From Vulcanimicrobiota bacterium (lineage in GTDB: Bacteria > Vulcanimicrobiota > Vulcanimicrobiia > Eremiobacterales > Eremiobacteraceae): a stretch of DNA of 64,000 bases. Below the pieces are notes generated by a model. That model was not told the origin of the DNA, did no database searches, and worked only from the letters and a program-made list of their open reading frames with translations. Where the stretch lies: NCBI GenBank assembly GCA_963812135.1, contig CAWETU010000001.1, positions 1,600,001 through 1,664,000 on the forward strand, read 5' to 3'. The position numbers were made by a program, and so were the translations under genes. Positions 52,155 to 61,739 of the stretch are shown one piece after another; the first letter of the stretch is position 1; the number at the start of each line of letters is the position of its first letter.

Positions 52155-52737
52155 GGAGATGCTCACCTCGCGCGAACGCCGCGAAGTCCTCGCGATGCGG
52201 CCTTGGAAGCCGGAGGAGCGGCGCGTCGTGTGGCACGGTGCGACCGGGCGTTTCATCGTCGCGCTAGAGCCTGCGATCATCGCGCTCCTGTTCGGCGTCT
52301 TCACGTTGGCCATCGCGCACGTGTCCGGCACTGCAGAGCATAAAGGATACATCTACTTCGCGTGGGTGTTCGGGTTCGGCGCCGTCAGCTTCACACTGTA
52401 CGCCGTCGCGCTGCTCGTCAATCCGATCCGCACGCTGCTGCAGATGCGCCAACCCATCTTCATCGTGGACGGCTACGTCCGCACACGCGAACCCGATCAA
52501 CGTTCCGAGCCCGGCAGCAGCGGCTACATCGCCGTCGTTCTCGCCGACCGCCGCGTGGCGTGTGAGTGGCCGGCCATCGGCGAGCGCTCGTTGCCCGACG
52601 AGGAGTATCCGGCGTTCATGGAGTTCAGCGAATTCGGCGGCATCCACAGCGTGGACGGCCACGGCACGGGCGTGCTGCCCGATGAATTCCCCGCGCTGGG
52701 CGTCGGCGGCGCGCGGCCCCCAAAAAATAGCCGTTAG
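52153..52737 (+). CDS. Hypothetical membrane protein (2 TM)
   Basis: Native codon usage, two hydrophobic helices; start uncertain. Confidence 0.65.
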   Translation: MEMLTSRERREVLAMRPWKPEERRVVWHGATGRFIVALEPAIIALLFGVFTLAIAHVSGTAEHKGYIYFAWVFGFGAVSFTLYAVALLVNPIRTLLQMRQPIFIVDGYVRTREPDQRSEPGSSGYIAVVLADRRVACEWPAIGERSLPDEEYPAFMEFSEFGGIHSVDGHGTGVLPDEFPALGVGGARPPKNSR

Positions 52738-52931
52738 ACGAGGCTTCCCGACAACGGGATCTTCGGTGTGTCCTCAGCGGGCCAATAGTGGTTGGTGCCC
52801 GCTCCCACGATCGAGATCGCGCCCATGAAGACGATCAAGAAGAGGCCGACGACCGCGAACCAGCGGACCACCGGCGGAATGCCGCGACTTTTCGGGATCT
52901 CGTAGCTCGAAGTCTCTGCGCCGAGCGCCAT
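52734..52931 (-). CDS. Small single-TM protein of the oxidase operon
   Basis: AGGAAGG RBS, 65 aa, one TM. Confidence 0.7.
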   Translation of the reverse strand: MALGAETSSYEIPKSRGIPPVVRWFAVVGLFLIVFMGAISIVGAGTNHYWPAEDTPKIPLSGSLV

Positions 52932-52943
52932 GGCGGCCTTCCT

Positions 52944-53141
52944 TTACTGCTTGCCCGTGAAGCCGAGCGCGACGGTCAACACGATGATGCATCCAAGCGT
53001 GAGCAGCGCCATCATGATCTTCGTGACCTGATCTTCCAGGTTTTGCTTCGGCCATTCCTCGTAGAGCGCCTTGAGCGCGAAGAAAGCGACCACCAGCGCG
53101 CCAAGGCCGGCGATGATCTTGAAGAACAGCGTGCCATCCAT
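52944..53141 (-). CDS. Small two-TM protein of the oxidase operon (subunit IV candidate)
   Basis: Purine-rich RBS, 65 aa, two TMs, directly after subunit III. Confidence 0.7.
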   Translation of the reverse strand: MDGTLFFKIIAGLGALVVAFFALKALYEEWPKQNLEDQVTKIMMALLTLGCIIVLTVALGFTGKQ

Positions 53142-53152
53142 CTCTTCTTCCT

Positions 53153-53737
53153 CTAATACACGTAGAACAGGAAGAACAGCGCGACCCAGATGACGTCGAC
53201 GAAGTGCCAGTATAGGGTCGCTGCGGTGAGCCCGAAGAAGCGTTGCTGGTTATAGACGCCGCGCCGCGTCTGCCAGAGCACCGTGCACAGGAAGATCACG
53301 CCGATGAAGACGTGGAAGCCGTGCATGCCGGTCAGCGTGAAGAACGACGCGCCGAAGGTACTGCCGGCCCAGGTGTCATGCAGATGCGTGTACTCGTAGG
53401 CTTGGCCCGACAAGAACCCGATGCCGAGCACGATCGTCGCGATGACGAAACCGGTGAAGCGCGACCGGTTCGCATGCCGCCACGCTTCCATCGCCAAATG
53501 CATGGTGACGCCTGACCCGAACAGCACGATCGAGTTCACGGCTGCGAGGTACAGGCCGGGGCGCTCGACGCCCGGCGGCGGCCAGTCGGGCGACGCCGCG
53601 CGGATGTACAGATACCCGAAGATGAACGAGCAGAACAGTATCGAGTCGGAGACCAGGAAGAACAAAAAGCCGAGCAGCCGGTGGCCGCGTACTTCTTCGT
53701 ATTCCTCGTCGCTGATCTGCAGCGCGTGCGTGGCCAT
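53153..53737 (-). CDS. ctaE: Cytochrome c oxidase subunit III (short form)
   Basis: FLSGQAYEY, FFTLTGMHGFHV, LYWHFVDVIW. Confidence 0.95.
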   Translation of the reverse strand: MATHALQISDEEYEEVRGHRLLGFLFFLVSDSILFCSFIFGYLYIRAASPDWPPPGVERPGLYLAAVNSIVLFGSGVTMHLAMEAWRHANRSRFTGFVIATIVLGIGFLSGQAYEYTHLHDTWAGSTFGASFFTLTGMHGFHVFIGVIFLCTVLWQTRRGVYNQQRFFGLTAATLYWHFVDVIWVALFFLFYVY

Positions 53738-53740
53738 CGG

Positions 53741-55423
53741 CTATGCCACCGGCTTCGTAGCGAGATCTTGGGAGATATTCGCATACGGCAGCGGCTTGCC
53801 GTAATCGTACGGGCCGGACAGGACGATCGGGATCTCGGCGAAGTTGTAATACGGCGGCGGCGACGACGTCATCCACTCCAGCGTGCGGGCGCCCCACGGA
53901 TTTGGCCCCGCGACCTTGCCGCGCGTCGCGCTGAGGATGGCGTTTATGGCGAACAGCAGCATCGAGGCGCCGAGCACGAAAGCAGAGATCGAGACGAACA
54001 CGTTGGTGTGGGTGATAAAATTGAGCAGCGGACCTGAGCTGAACTGCTGGTCATACGTCGCGACGCGGCGCGGCATGCCGAGCAATCCGAGCCAGTGCAT
54101 CGGTAGGAAGGTCGCGTTGAACGCTAAGAACATCAGCCAAAAGTGCCATTTGCCCAGGCGCTCGTCCAGAATTCGCCCGGTCATCTTCGGCCACCAGTAA
54201 TAGAGGCCAGCGAAAAGCGTGAATACGCTGCCGCCCACCAGCACGTAATGGAGATGCGCCACGATGAAATAGGTCCCGTGTTCGTGGACGTCCGCCGGCA
54301 CCGATGCGAGCATCACGCCCGTGATGCCGCCGAAGGTGAACGTCGAGAGAAAACCGAGGACGAAGAGCAGCGGCGTGCTCAAGCGGACATGACCGCGCCA
54401 GAACGTCGCCACCCATGAGAATATCTTGATGCCGGTCGGGATCGCGACCGCCATCGTCATGATCATGAACGGCAGCTGCACCCATTGCGCGAGTCCGCTG
54501 GTGAACATATGGTGTGCCCACACCATGAACGAAACGAGGCCGATCGCGACCGACGAATACGCAATGGCCTTGTAGCCGAAGATCGGCCGGCGCACGAAGG
54601 TCGGGATGATCTCCGAGACGATGCCGAAACCCGGCAGGATCATGATGTAGACCGCCGGGTGCGAGTAGAACCAGAAGACGTGCTGCCACAGCACCGGGTC
54701 GCCGCCTTTGGTCGGGTCGTAGAACGGCACCCCGAACACTTTCTCGATGAACAGTCCGGCGAGTGCTGCGGAGAGATTGGCGGTCGCGATGGCCGACAGG
54801 AACGCGGTGACCATCGTGGCCCACACGAAGAGCGGCATGCGCGTCCAGGTCATGCCGGGGGCGCGCATCTTGATGATGGTCACCATGAAGTTGATGCCGG
54901 TGATGGTGCTCGACACGCCGATCAAAAAGACGCCTGCGCACCACAGCGCGGTCCCCGGCGTGTGCAAGCTCACCGGCGGATACTCGGTCCAGCCTGCCTG
55001 CGGCGCGCCGTACAGGAAGCTCAAGAAGATGAGCAGACCCGCCGGCGGGAAGAGCCAGAAGCTGAACATGTTGAGCCAGGGAAACGCGACGTCGCGGGCG
55101 CCGATCTGCAGCGGCATGACCAAGTTGCCGAAGGCGCCGGTCATGAGGGGGATGATAACCAGCCATACCATGGCGGTTCCGTGGATGCTGTACGCCTCGT
55201 TGAAGGTCTGCGGGCTGAGCACGTTGTTGTGCGGCTGCATGAGCTGGACGCGGACCAGCTCGGCGAGCAGGCCCGCAAGCACGAAGAACAGGCCGGCCGT
55301 GATGAAATACTGGACCGCAATGACCTTGTGGTCGAAGCTGATGACATACTTCGAGATGAAGCCTTGCGGCGGCGGATGGATATGCGCGTGGCTGGCTTCG
55401 CGTTGCAGGTCGGAGATTGCCAT
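53741..55423 (-). CDS. ctaD: Cytochrome c oxidase subunit I, A2 type
   Basis: DHKVI, HG..M, FWFYSHPAVY, WAHHM, AHLHY, GMPRR. Confidence 0.97.
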   Translation of the reverse strand: MAISDLQREASHAHIHPPPQGFISKYVISFDHKVIAVQYFITAGLFFVLAGLLAELVRVQLMQPHNNVLSPQTFNEAYSIHGTAMVWLVIIPLMTGAFGNLVMPLQIGARDVAFPWLNMFSFWLFPPAGLLIFLSFLYGAPQAGWTEYPPVSLHTPGTALWCAGVFLIGVSSTITGINFMVTIIKMRAPGMTWTRMPLFVWATMVTAFLSAIATANLSAALAGLFIEKVFGVPFYDPTKGGDPVLWQHVFWFYSHPAVYIMILPGFGIVSEIIPTFVRRPIFGYKAIAYSSVAIGLVSFMVWAHHMFTSGLAQWVQLPFMIMTMAVAIPTGIKIFSWVATFWRGHVRLSTPLLFVLGFLSTFTFGGITGVMLASVPADVHEHGTYFIVAHLHYVLVGGSVFTLFAGLYYWWPKMTGRILDERLGKWHFWLMFLAFNATFLPMHWLGLLGMPRRVATYDQQFSSGPLLNFITHTNVFVSISAFVLGASMLLFAINAILSATRGKVAGPNPWGARTLEWMTSSPPPYYNFAEIPIVLSGPYDYGKPLPYANISQDLATKPVA

Positions 55424-55443
55424 CTGAGCCTTGCGTCCCTCTT

Positions 55444-56490
55444 CTATTTGTGCAGCGACTGGAGGTAGGTGACCACGTCGGCAATATCTTTGGGCGTCAG
55501 TTGATTGACGTGTGCGCTTGGCATCTGGCCCATATCGCCGGCGAAGCCGTTTTCCACGATGTCAGCGACATCTGCCGGGTCGGCGGGCTTGTTGTCGACG
55601 AGCGTCGGGTGATCGGGGTCGTGAAACAGGTTACCGAGGCCGGGCCCGACCTTGCGCTGCTCGAAAGTGCCTGTGCCGTGACACGCGGTGCATTTCTGTG
55701 CGAACAGACGCGCGCCGGCGGATGCGTCACCTTGTGCCAGCGGTATCGTCACCGGCGTGCTGCTCGTCGCTTGCGCGATGCGCTGGGCCGCGAACCACTT
55801 GTCGAAATCGGCCTGCGACTCGACGACCACCCTCCCCACCATTTCGGAGTGCCCGAGGCCGCAGAACTCGGTGCAGATGATCCGATACGTGCCGATGCGC
55901 GTCGGGGTGAAGTGGATCGGCACGATCATGCCGGGGATCATGTCTTGCTTGACGCGGAACTCGGGCACCCAGAACGAGTGGATGACCGCATTGCGGATGT
56001 CGGGCTCGGTCGAGGTCAGGTCGATGGTGACCTGTTTGCCGATCGGCAGGTGCATCTCGTTGACGACGGTCTGCTTGAGGCCCGGGTAGCGGAACTCGTA
56101 GTAAAACGTGTGGCCGATCGCCTCGATGGTCGCGACGCTCGCCGCGCTCGCGAGGTAATACTTGGGCATCACGACGTAGCTGAGCACACCGAGGATGAGC
56201 ATCAAGATGGACGGGATGATCGTCCACGCCGCCTCGAGCGCGGGCTGATCATGGATGGGCGAGCCGACGGCCATGAGGTCGTCGCCCTTGCGCGTGTGAT
56301 AGCGCCAGGCGAAGTAGAGCAAGTAGCCGTTGACGTACACGATGATCGGCACGCTGAAGAACGCCATGAACCGGAAGAGGAAGTCGATGTCGGTGGCGGC
56401 TGACGAGGCGCGCGGCAGGTAGTCGTCGATAGGGAAAACGACGACTCCCCACATGAGAAGGCCGCTGATGACCGTCAAGATCAGCGTCAC
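55444..56490 (-). CDS. ctaC: Cytochrome c oxidase subunit II fused to cytochrome c (caa3); may start at CTG 56538
   Basis: LEAAWTIIP, VIHSFWVP, CTEFCGLGHSEM (CuA), CTACH heme motif, distal MP. Confidence 0.95.
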   Translation of the reverse strand: MTLILTVISGLLMWGVVVFPIDDYLPRASSAATDIDFLFRFMAFFSVPIIVYVNGYLLYFAWRYHTRKGDDLMAVGSPIHDQPALEAAWTIIPSILMLILGVLSYVVMPKYYLASAASVATIEAIGHTFYYEFRYPGLKQTVVNEMHLPIGKQVTIDLTSTEPDIRNAVIHSFWVPEFRVKQDMIPGMIVPIHFTPTRIGTYRIICTEFCGLGHSEMVGRVVVESQADFDKWFAAQRIAQATSSTPVTIPLAQGDASAGARLFAQKCTACHGTGTFEQRKVGPGLGNLFHDPDHPTLVDNKPADPADVADIVENGFAGDMGQMPSAHVNQLTPKDIADVVTYLQSLHK

Positions 56491-56613
56491 TGACCAGAAT
56501 TCGGTGTCGAGCAGTGGCGCCTTGTGCGTTTGATTCAGCGCTGACGTCTCCCGGCGGAGCGCTTACACGGCACCGCGGGCGCATCCTCGCTCAGGCGTGC
56601 GAGTTTTGTCATG

Positions 56614-56698
56614 TGCCGAAGGTGGGAATCGAACCCACATGAGGGGTAACCTCGCGCGATTTTGAGTCGCGTGCGTCTGCCAGTTCCGCCACTTCGGC
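56614..56698 (-). tRNA. tRNA-Leu(CAA)
   Basis: Anticodon arm CGCGA-CTCAAAA-TCGCG, long variable arm. Confidence 0.95.
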
Positions 56699-56772
56699 TC
56701 GCTCTGTCGCCGAGCTCTCGCTCGGCGTCGACACCCGAGCTTCGCTCGGGTCCTACGTTTATCTTGTGAGCG

Positions 56773-57678
56773 TCAGGCGCCGAAGCCATGTCCCAGCCGG
56801 TCGACCACCATGGCGACGAACAGCAGCGCGAGATAGAGCATCGAGTACTTGTACATCGTGCGCTCTGCGGCGATCGTGCCGATATTCGCCACGCGCAAGG
56901 CATACAAAAGGAAGAGCGCATCGAGCACCAGCGCGCTTGCGAGATAGACGACCCCCATGACGTGCAGCGGTGTCAGCGCGAGGGTCAGCAGCACCAGGGC
57001 CACGCTGTAGACGACGATATGCCGCTTGGTCACCGCGTCGCCGCGGATCACCGGCAGCATCGGGATGCCGATTTTCGCATACTCGCCCTTGGCGATCAGC
57101 GCGAGCGCCCAGAAATGAGGCGGCGTCCACAGGAAGATGATCAGGAACAGGAGCGCAGCCGTGAGATCGAGATGGCCCGTGACCGCCGCCCAGCCGACCA
57201 AGGGCGGCACGGCGCCGGCGGCGCCACCGATGACGATGTTCTGCACGCTGGTGCGCTTGAGCCATAGCGTGTACACGCCCACGTAGAACGTGATGCCCGC
57301 GAGCGCCAACAGCGCGGCCAGGAGGTTGACGCTGAGCGCGAGCACGGCGAACGACGCCACGCCGAGCGCGAGTCCGAAGATCAACGCGTGATGGGCCGGC
57401 AGCCGGCCGCTCGGGATCGGTCGCGCGCGCGTCCGCGTCATGACGGCGTCGATGTCGCGGTCGAAATACATGTTGAGCGCGCCGGACGCACCCGCCGCCA
57501 AGGCGCCGCCGAGCAGCGTCCACAGCACGAGCAACGGCGCCGGCATGCCGCGCTGCGCGATGACCATCGCCATCAACGTCGTGAACAGCAGCAGCGACAT
57601 GACGTTGGGCTTGGTGAGGGCGACATAGTCGCGCAATGTGGCGCGGGCGCCGCTCAGGGTGAGCGCTGCGGTGCTCAT
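56773..57678 (-). CDS. ctaB: Heme o synthase (protoheme IX farnesyltransferase)
   Basis: LTKP, NMYFDRDIDAVMTRT..RP, LKR, IGGAAGAVPP, WTPPHFWAL. Confidence 0.96.
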   Translation of the reverse strand: MSTAALTLSGARATLRDYVALTKPNVMSLLLFTTLMAMVIAQRGMPAPLLVLWTLLGGALAAGASGALNMYFDRDIDAVMTRTRARPIPSGRLPAHHALIFGLALGVASFAVLALSVNLLAALLALAGITFYVGVYTLWLKRTSVQNIVIGGAAGAVPPLVGWAAVTGHLDLTAALLFLIIFLWTPPHFWALALIAKGEYAKIGIPMLPVIRGDAVTKRHIVVYSVALVLLTLALTPLHVMGVVYLASALVLDALFLLYALRVANIGTIAAERTMYKYSMLYLALLFVAMVVDRLGHGFGA

Positions 57679-58649
57679 ACGCGTTGGGGCGCGGCGGGCG
57701 TTGCGTGGGTGGAGACGTCGAGCGCCGTTTGTTCGACCGGCGCGGCGTACGCCTCGTACGCCAACAGCACGAGTGTTGCGAAGAGGAGCGCGCCGTTGGC
57801 TTGGTGGACCGAGCGCAGCACCGGTTCGAGACCGGACGCGACTGTCGCCACGCCGAGACCGATCTGCGCGACGGCCAGCCCGAGCGCGATCAACGACAAC
57901 ACGCGGATTCTGGCAGCTGGCGACTTCGCTCCGGCGATCGCGATCACGACTACCGCCGCGAACGCGAGATAGGCAAGCAGGCGATGGCCCATATGGATCT
58001 GCTGCGCGACCGTCTGCGGAGGACCCCAGCCGTTGCAGAGCGGGAAACCCGTGCACGCCAGGCCTGCGTTTGAGGCACTCATGTACCCCGCGGCAAGGAT
58101 CGCGCCCAACGTGATGACCGATGCCGAAAGCGCGAGACGAGCGAATGCGGTCGAGGCGGCCGCTGATGAGAACGCCGCCAGCGACGGGCTTGACGCGCCC
58201 GCGGCAGCGTACCAAACTACGAGCAGGCTCACGAACGTGAGGATGCCGAGTCCGAGATGGGCGGCAACGCTCGGCGGGCTGTTGATGTACTTGATCGTCA
58301 AGGCGCCCACGATGATCTGCGCGACCACGAGTCCGGCCGAGAACCACGAAGCCCTCCACGCTGCTGGCCGCTGATCTCTGGCACGCCACGCAGCGATGAA
58401 TGTCGCGACGATCAGCAATGTGAGGATGGGTGCGCCGAAGCGGTGCGTCCACTCGTAGACGACGCTGCCGTCGAGCGCGGGGAACCAGACGCCGCGGCAA
58501 CGCGGCCAGTCCGGACAGGTCATGCCCGCGCCGTTGATCCGGACGATGCCGCCCCAGACGACGAGGGCAAATGCGAAGATCGCCGCCGATAGGCTGGTGT
58601 AGCGCAGCGTCCGGACGGACGCGCCGGATGCGGCGGCCGAAATGCTCAT
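57675..58649 (-). CDS. ctaA: Heme A synthase (COX15/CtaA)
   Basis: CPDWPRC, EWTHR, AAHL, CTGFPLC, HMGHR, VHQ; start 58649 or 58682. Confidence 0.93.
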   Translation of the reverse strand: MSISAAASGASVRTLRYTSLSAAIFAFALVVWGGIVRINGAGMTCPDWPRCRGVWFPALDGSVVYEWTHRFGAPILTLLIVATFIAAWRARDQRPAAWRASWFSAGLVVAQIIVGALTIKYINSPPSVAAHLGLGILTFVSLLVVWYAAAGASSPSLAAFSSAAASTAFARLALSASVITLGAILAAGYMSASNAGLACTGFPLCNGWGPPQTVAQQIHMGHRLLAYLAFAAVVVIAIAGAKSPAARIRVLSLIALGLAVAQIGLGVATVASGLEPVLRSVHQANGALLFATLVLLAYEAYAAPVEQTALDVSTHATPAAPQRV

Positions 58650-58759
58650 GGGCCTTCTGCTCTTAAGATGGAATTCAGGCATTTCCTTTCGACGAGCGCG
58701 ACCAATGTAGTAGCCGAGCACCGGAGGGTAACGCTTGCAACCCATCGCAAGCTGTTGAC

Positions 58760-60061
58760 GTGAACTCCATGCATCTGCGCGCACCGGCTCGGTTCGCCGG
58801 GCCGATCACCGTGCCCGGCGACAAGTCGATCTCGCATCGCGTGGTGCTGTTCGCCGCGCTTGCAGCTGGCACCACGCGGGTCCGCAATCTCAATCGCGGC
58901 GAGGACGTGGAGGCGTCGGCGAACGCGCTGCGCTCGCTGGGAATCGATGTCAGCGATGCCGGCGGAGCGGTGTCCGTCACCGGCGCGCGCGAGCTGCGCG
59001 ATCCGAAAGGGACGATCGATTGCGGTAACTCCGGCACGACGATGCGCGTTCTCACCGGGATGCTCGCCGGGCACGTCGACGCGATTCTTGACGGGGACGC
59101 TAGTTTGCGGCGCCGGCCGATGGAGCGGGTCGCGGCGCCGCTGCGCGCGATGGGGGCAGACGTGCGATGCGCGGATGGAGGCACGCCGCCGTTGCGGCTC
59201 GCGCGATCGGCGACGAAGCTGCGCGGCATCGCCCATGACTTGCGGGTCGCATCGGCGCAGGTCAAGACCGCGATCATGCTCGCCGCTCTGGACGCTCGCG
59301 GCGTCACGACGATCGCGAGCCCGCGCCAGAGCCGCGATCACAGCGAGTTGCTGCTTGGCGCGATGGGCGGAGCGCTCACCGTCGATGGCCTGAAGGTGAG
59401 CGTGCGGCCATCCGCATTGCGCGCGATCGAAGACTACGAGGTGCCCGGCGACGTGTCGGCGGCGGGCTATTTCGTCGCCGCGGCGACATGTCTGCCGGGC
59501 AGCCGCATCTCCATTCTCGGCGTGGGGATCAATCCGACGCGAACGGCTGCGCTCGACGTGCTGCGCGACATGGGTGCGCACATCGGCATCCGAGGTTTGC
59601 GCGTGGTGCACGGCGAGCCGGTCGCCGACATCGAGGTCTCGTCCGCTTCGCCCTTGCGCAACGTCGAGCTGGATCCTGAACGCATCCCTAACCTGATCGA
59701 TGAGATACCATTGCTGTGCGCCGTGGCAGCGACTGCGCAGGGTTCCTTCACGGTTCGCGGGGCGCAAGAGCTACGCGCTAAGGAGTCCGACAGGATCGCG
59801 TCCACGATCGAGCTGCTGCGAGCGTTCGGCGTCGCGGTCACCGAGTTGCCGGACGGCATCGCGGTGCGCGGCGGCCGGCCATTGCGGCCGCCGCAGCGCA
59901 TCTCGACCGGCGGCGATCATCGCATCGGCATGACGGCGGCCGTGCTTGCGGCCGCGGCGAAAGCGGCGATCACGATCGACGATGACGGCTGCATCGCCAC
60001 ATCGTTCCCGGGTTTCGAAGCCGCGTGGCACGCGGCATTCGCGCAACCGGTCGCCTCATAG
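58760..60061 (+). CDS. aroA: 3-phosphoshikimate 1-carboxyvinyltransferase (class II)
   Basis: PGDKSISHR, DCGNSGTT.R, RRPM, ASAQVK, NPTR, IDEIP, ELRAKESDRI, DHRIGM. Confidence 0.97.
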   Translation: MNSMHLRAPARFAGPITVPGDKSISHRVVLFAALAAGTTRVRNLNRGEDVEASANALRSLGIDVSDAGGAVSVTGARELRDPKGTIDCGNSGTTMRVLTGMLAGHVDAILDGDASLRRRPMERVAAPLRAMGADVRCADGGTPPLRLARSATKLRGIAHDLRVASAQVKTAIMLAALDARGVTTIASPRQSRDHSELLLGAMGGALTVDGLKVSVRPSALRAIEDYEVPGDVSAAGYFVAAATCLPGSRISILGVGINPTRTAALDVLRDMGAHIGIRGLRVVHGEPVADIEVSSASPLRNVELDPERIPNLIDEIPLLCAVAATAQGSFTVRGAQELRAKESDRIASTIELLRAFGVAVTELPDGIAVRGGRPLRPPQRISTGGDHRIGMTAAVLAAAAKAAITIDDDGCIATSFPGFEAAWHAAFAQPVAS

Positions 60062-60156
60062 CACCGGCGTGGTGGCCGGGCGGCCAAGAGAATCGACGCA
60101 CGCTCATCCATTCGTCGCAAGGCGGGCCGCTTACGGCGCGTGCAAATAGTCCGCCC

Positions 60157-61008
60157 ATGACGGAATCGCTGTACTTCCTCATGTGCAAGCCCAAGCACTT
60201 CGACGTCTCGTACGTCATCAACCCCTGGATGCAGGGGAACGTCGCTCAAACCTCTCGCGATCGCGCCACCAGCCAGTGGCGCGATCTGCTTTCCGCCATC
60301 ATGACGCGCGCGCGCGTGGAGCTCGTCGATCCGCAACCTGGCCTGCCCGACATGGTGTTCACCGCGAACGCGGGCTTTGTGCTTGACGACGTCGCGGTGG
60401 TGAGCCGTTTTCGTCACCAAGAGCGCCAAGGTGAGGAGCCCCACTTCGAGCAGTGGTTCCGGTCGCGGCGCTTCTCTGTGCTCACCCTGCCCGCAGACTT
60501 GCCGTTTGAAGGCGCGGGCGACGCCTTGATCGACCGCGGGAGCCCGCGCGTCTGGGCCGCATGGGGACATCGCTCGGCCCGCGCGTCGCACGATCTGTTG
60601 CGCAAGTACCTGGGCGTCGAAGTCGCTTCGGTGCGCTTGGTGGATCCGCGCTTCTACCATCTCGACACGTGTTTTTGCCCGCTGGACGGCGGCTATGTCA
60701 TGTACTATCCGCCAGCCTTCGACGCCGAATCCAACCGGATCATCGAACGACTAGTGCCGCCTGCGCTGCGCATCGCGATCGACGAACCCGATGCGCTCTT
60801 TTTCGCGTGCAACGCCGTCAATATCGGCAGCACGGTGATCTTGAATAAGGCGACGCCGAAGTTGCAGCAGCGCTTAGCCGCCCATGGCTTTGAACTGATC
60901 GAGACGGAGCTCAGCGAGTTCCTGAAATCGGGCGGCGCGGCCAAATGCTTGACGCTGCGCCTTAACGAGCCTCGCAGCCGGTCGTGGGTCGCGACCCGGT
61001 CAGCTTGA
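60157..61008 (+). CDS. Amidinotransferase/dimethylargininase (pentein) family hydrolase
   Basis: F.VSYVINPWM, PDMVFTAN, ERQGE, FEGAGD, FYHLDTCF, EFLKSGGAAKCL. Confidence 0.9.
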   Translation: MTESLYFLMCKPKHFDVSYVINPWMQGNVAQTSRDRATSQWRDLLSAIMTRARVELVDPQPGLPDMVFTANAGFVLDDVAVVSRFRHQERQGEEPHFEQWFRSRRFSVLTLPADLPFEGAGDALIDRGSPRVWAAWGHRSARASHDLLRKYLGVEVASVRLVDPRFYHLDTCFCPLDGGYVMYYPPAFDAESNRIIERLVPPALRIAIDEPDALFFACNAVNIGSTVILNKATPKLQQRLAAHGFELIETELSEFLKSGGAAKCLTLRLNEPRSRSWVATRSA

Positions 61009-61012
61009 GGCG

Positions 61013-61036
61013 CGGTCGAATAAATTCGACCGCTAC
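61013..61036 (-). repeat. GTAG-type REP palindrome
   Basis: GTAG-CGGTCGAA-TTTA-TTCGACCG between convergent genes; its TAG is the stop of the 61033-61386 gene. Confidence 0.8.
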
Positions 61037-61386
61037 ATCTTTTGGGCGAGCACGCCGGCGAGCCACGGCAGCCCGGCGCGCAGCACTGCCTCGGTCGCAT
61101 TTGACGACACGCGCACGATCGCGCCGAGCTCTTCGACGGCCATCGCGATCTTGGCAAATGCCGGACCCAGACGCCGCGCATCATCCTGAATGCGCTCGAT
61201 TGCGGTAGTCAGCCTGCGCGCGACTTCGATCTGATGGTTACGCCATTCCGCCTCGAACATCGGATGGGAACGCAGCTTCTGTGCAGCGTGAGCGAAGCTG
61301 CGCAGCCGCAGCGCGAAGAGGACCGCGACCGCGACCAGCGAGAGGATGCCGATCAACACGAGCGTGATTCCAAGCGCGTGGAACAT
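61033..61386 (-). CDS. Hypothetical protein with N-terminal TM
   Basis: Packed 2 nt after the FmdB-like gene. Confidence 0.65.
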   Translation of the reverse strand: MFHALGITLVLIGILSLVAVAVLFALRLRSFAHAAQKLRSHPMFEAEWRNHQIEVARRLTTAIERIQDDARRLGPAFAKIAMAVEELGAIVRVSSNATEAVLRAGLPWLAGVLAQKM

Positions 61387-61388
61387 CG

Positions 61389-61739
61389 TTAGCTCGACCC
61401 CGTTGGTTTCGGATCTGATTTCGGAGGCGCCGCAGCCGGCGCAGCGGGTTTGGTCTCCGTCTTCGAGGACTCCGCCGGCTTACTTGCCGGTGCGCTCTCC
61501 GACGTGCCGGCGGCCGGCGCGCTAGAATCAGTCTTCCCACTCGGTTCGGGTTTTCTACCCGAGCCATCGTAGTCGGTCTTGTGAAAGCCGGAGCCCTTGA
61601 ACACGACCCCCACGGGATGAAACACGCGCACCAGCTGACCACCGCACGACGGGCACGTGGTCGGCCGGGGGTCGTTGAAGCCTTGCGTTATCTCATGAGT
61701 CGTGCCGCATTGCTTGCAGCGGTAGTCGTATGTCGGCAT
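61389..61739 (-). CDS. FmdB family zinc ribbon protein
   Basis: MPTYDYRCKQCG...CPSCGG...FKGSGFHKTDY. Confidence 0.93.
   Translation of the reverse strand: MPTYDYRCKQCGTTHEITQGFNDPRPTTCPSCGGQLVRVFHPVGVVFKGSGFHKTDYDGSGRKPEPSGKTDSSAPAAGTSESAPASKPAESSKTETKPAAPAAAPPKSDPKPTGSS

Noticed and set aside
56773..58500. Apparent ctaA-ctaB fusion (575-aa ORF)
   Set aside because: The extension is out of frame with ctaA; the genes overlap by ATGA as separate CDSs.
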